Positions 63,980 through 64,000 of a DNA stretch of 64,000 nt are shown in pieces. The position numbers and the translations under genes are program-made. Source of the stretch: Pelomyxa schiedti. Lineage: Eukaryota; Protista; Evosea. Where the stretch lies: assembly GCA_020536535.1 (NCBI GenBank), contig JAHLWZ010000505.1, forward strand, positions 171,027-235,026, read 5' to 3'. Each line of letters opens with the position of its first letter. Within the stretch, counting starts at the first letter, position 1. Under the pieces are notes generated by a model. The model did no database searches and was not told the origin of the DNA. It worked only from the letters and a program-made list of their open reading frames with translations.

Positions 63980-64000
63980 TCTCGTTGTTGCCCCAATGTG

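Overview
Eukaryotic, gene-dense and intron-rich genomic DNA. It has short (about 30-70 nt) AT-rich GT-AG introns, intergenic gaps of 0-500 bp and the standard genetic code. The style suggests a free-living amoeboid protist such as an archamoeba or Pelomyxa (inference only). The first 20 kb is an accessory block: three tandem, nearly intronless paralogues of a ~2,200-aa protein built as SAM-like helical N-terminus / beta-rich region / GBP-atlastin-VLIG-type GTPase / Cys-His-rich zinc repeats / VWA with an intact MIDAS. The copies show mosaic gene-conversion tracts and hypervariable patches, and copy 3 has a nonsense codon in exon 1. This is a candidate innate-immunity-like GTPase family. The remaining 44 kb holds about 18 mostly housekeeping genes that I spliced by hand: EXD2, a claudin-like protein, GH2 beta-mannosidase, SEH1, CaMK, a RING protein, BLOS3-like, GPCPD1, reticulon, DCAF15, a PHO80-type cyclin, a Cys-rich surface protein, MBF1, an MSP-domain/PINK1-like kinase fusion, a SHOCT/PY/zinc-finger/TM protein, RPS11, an ankyrin protein, GIGYF-like and a PTP. 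Gene-structure oddities include a 5-nt and an 11-nt microexon, two GC-AG introns with GCAT donors, a TGATG stop-start overlap, and a DCAF15 gene with no in-frame ATG. No rRNA, tRNA, CRISPR array or transposase was recognised. All family calls come from motif recognition by eye, not database searches, and CDS coordinates span introns.
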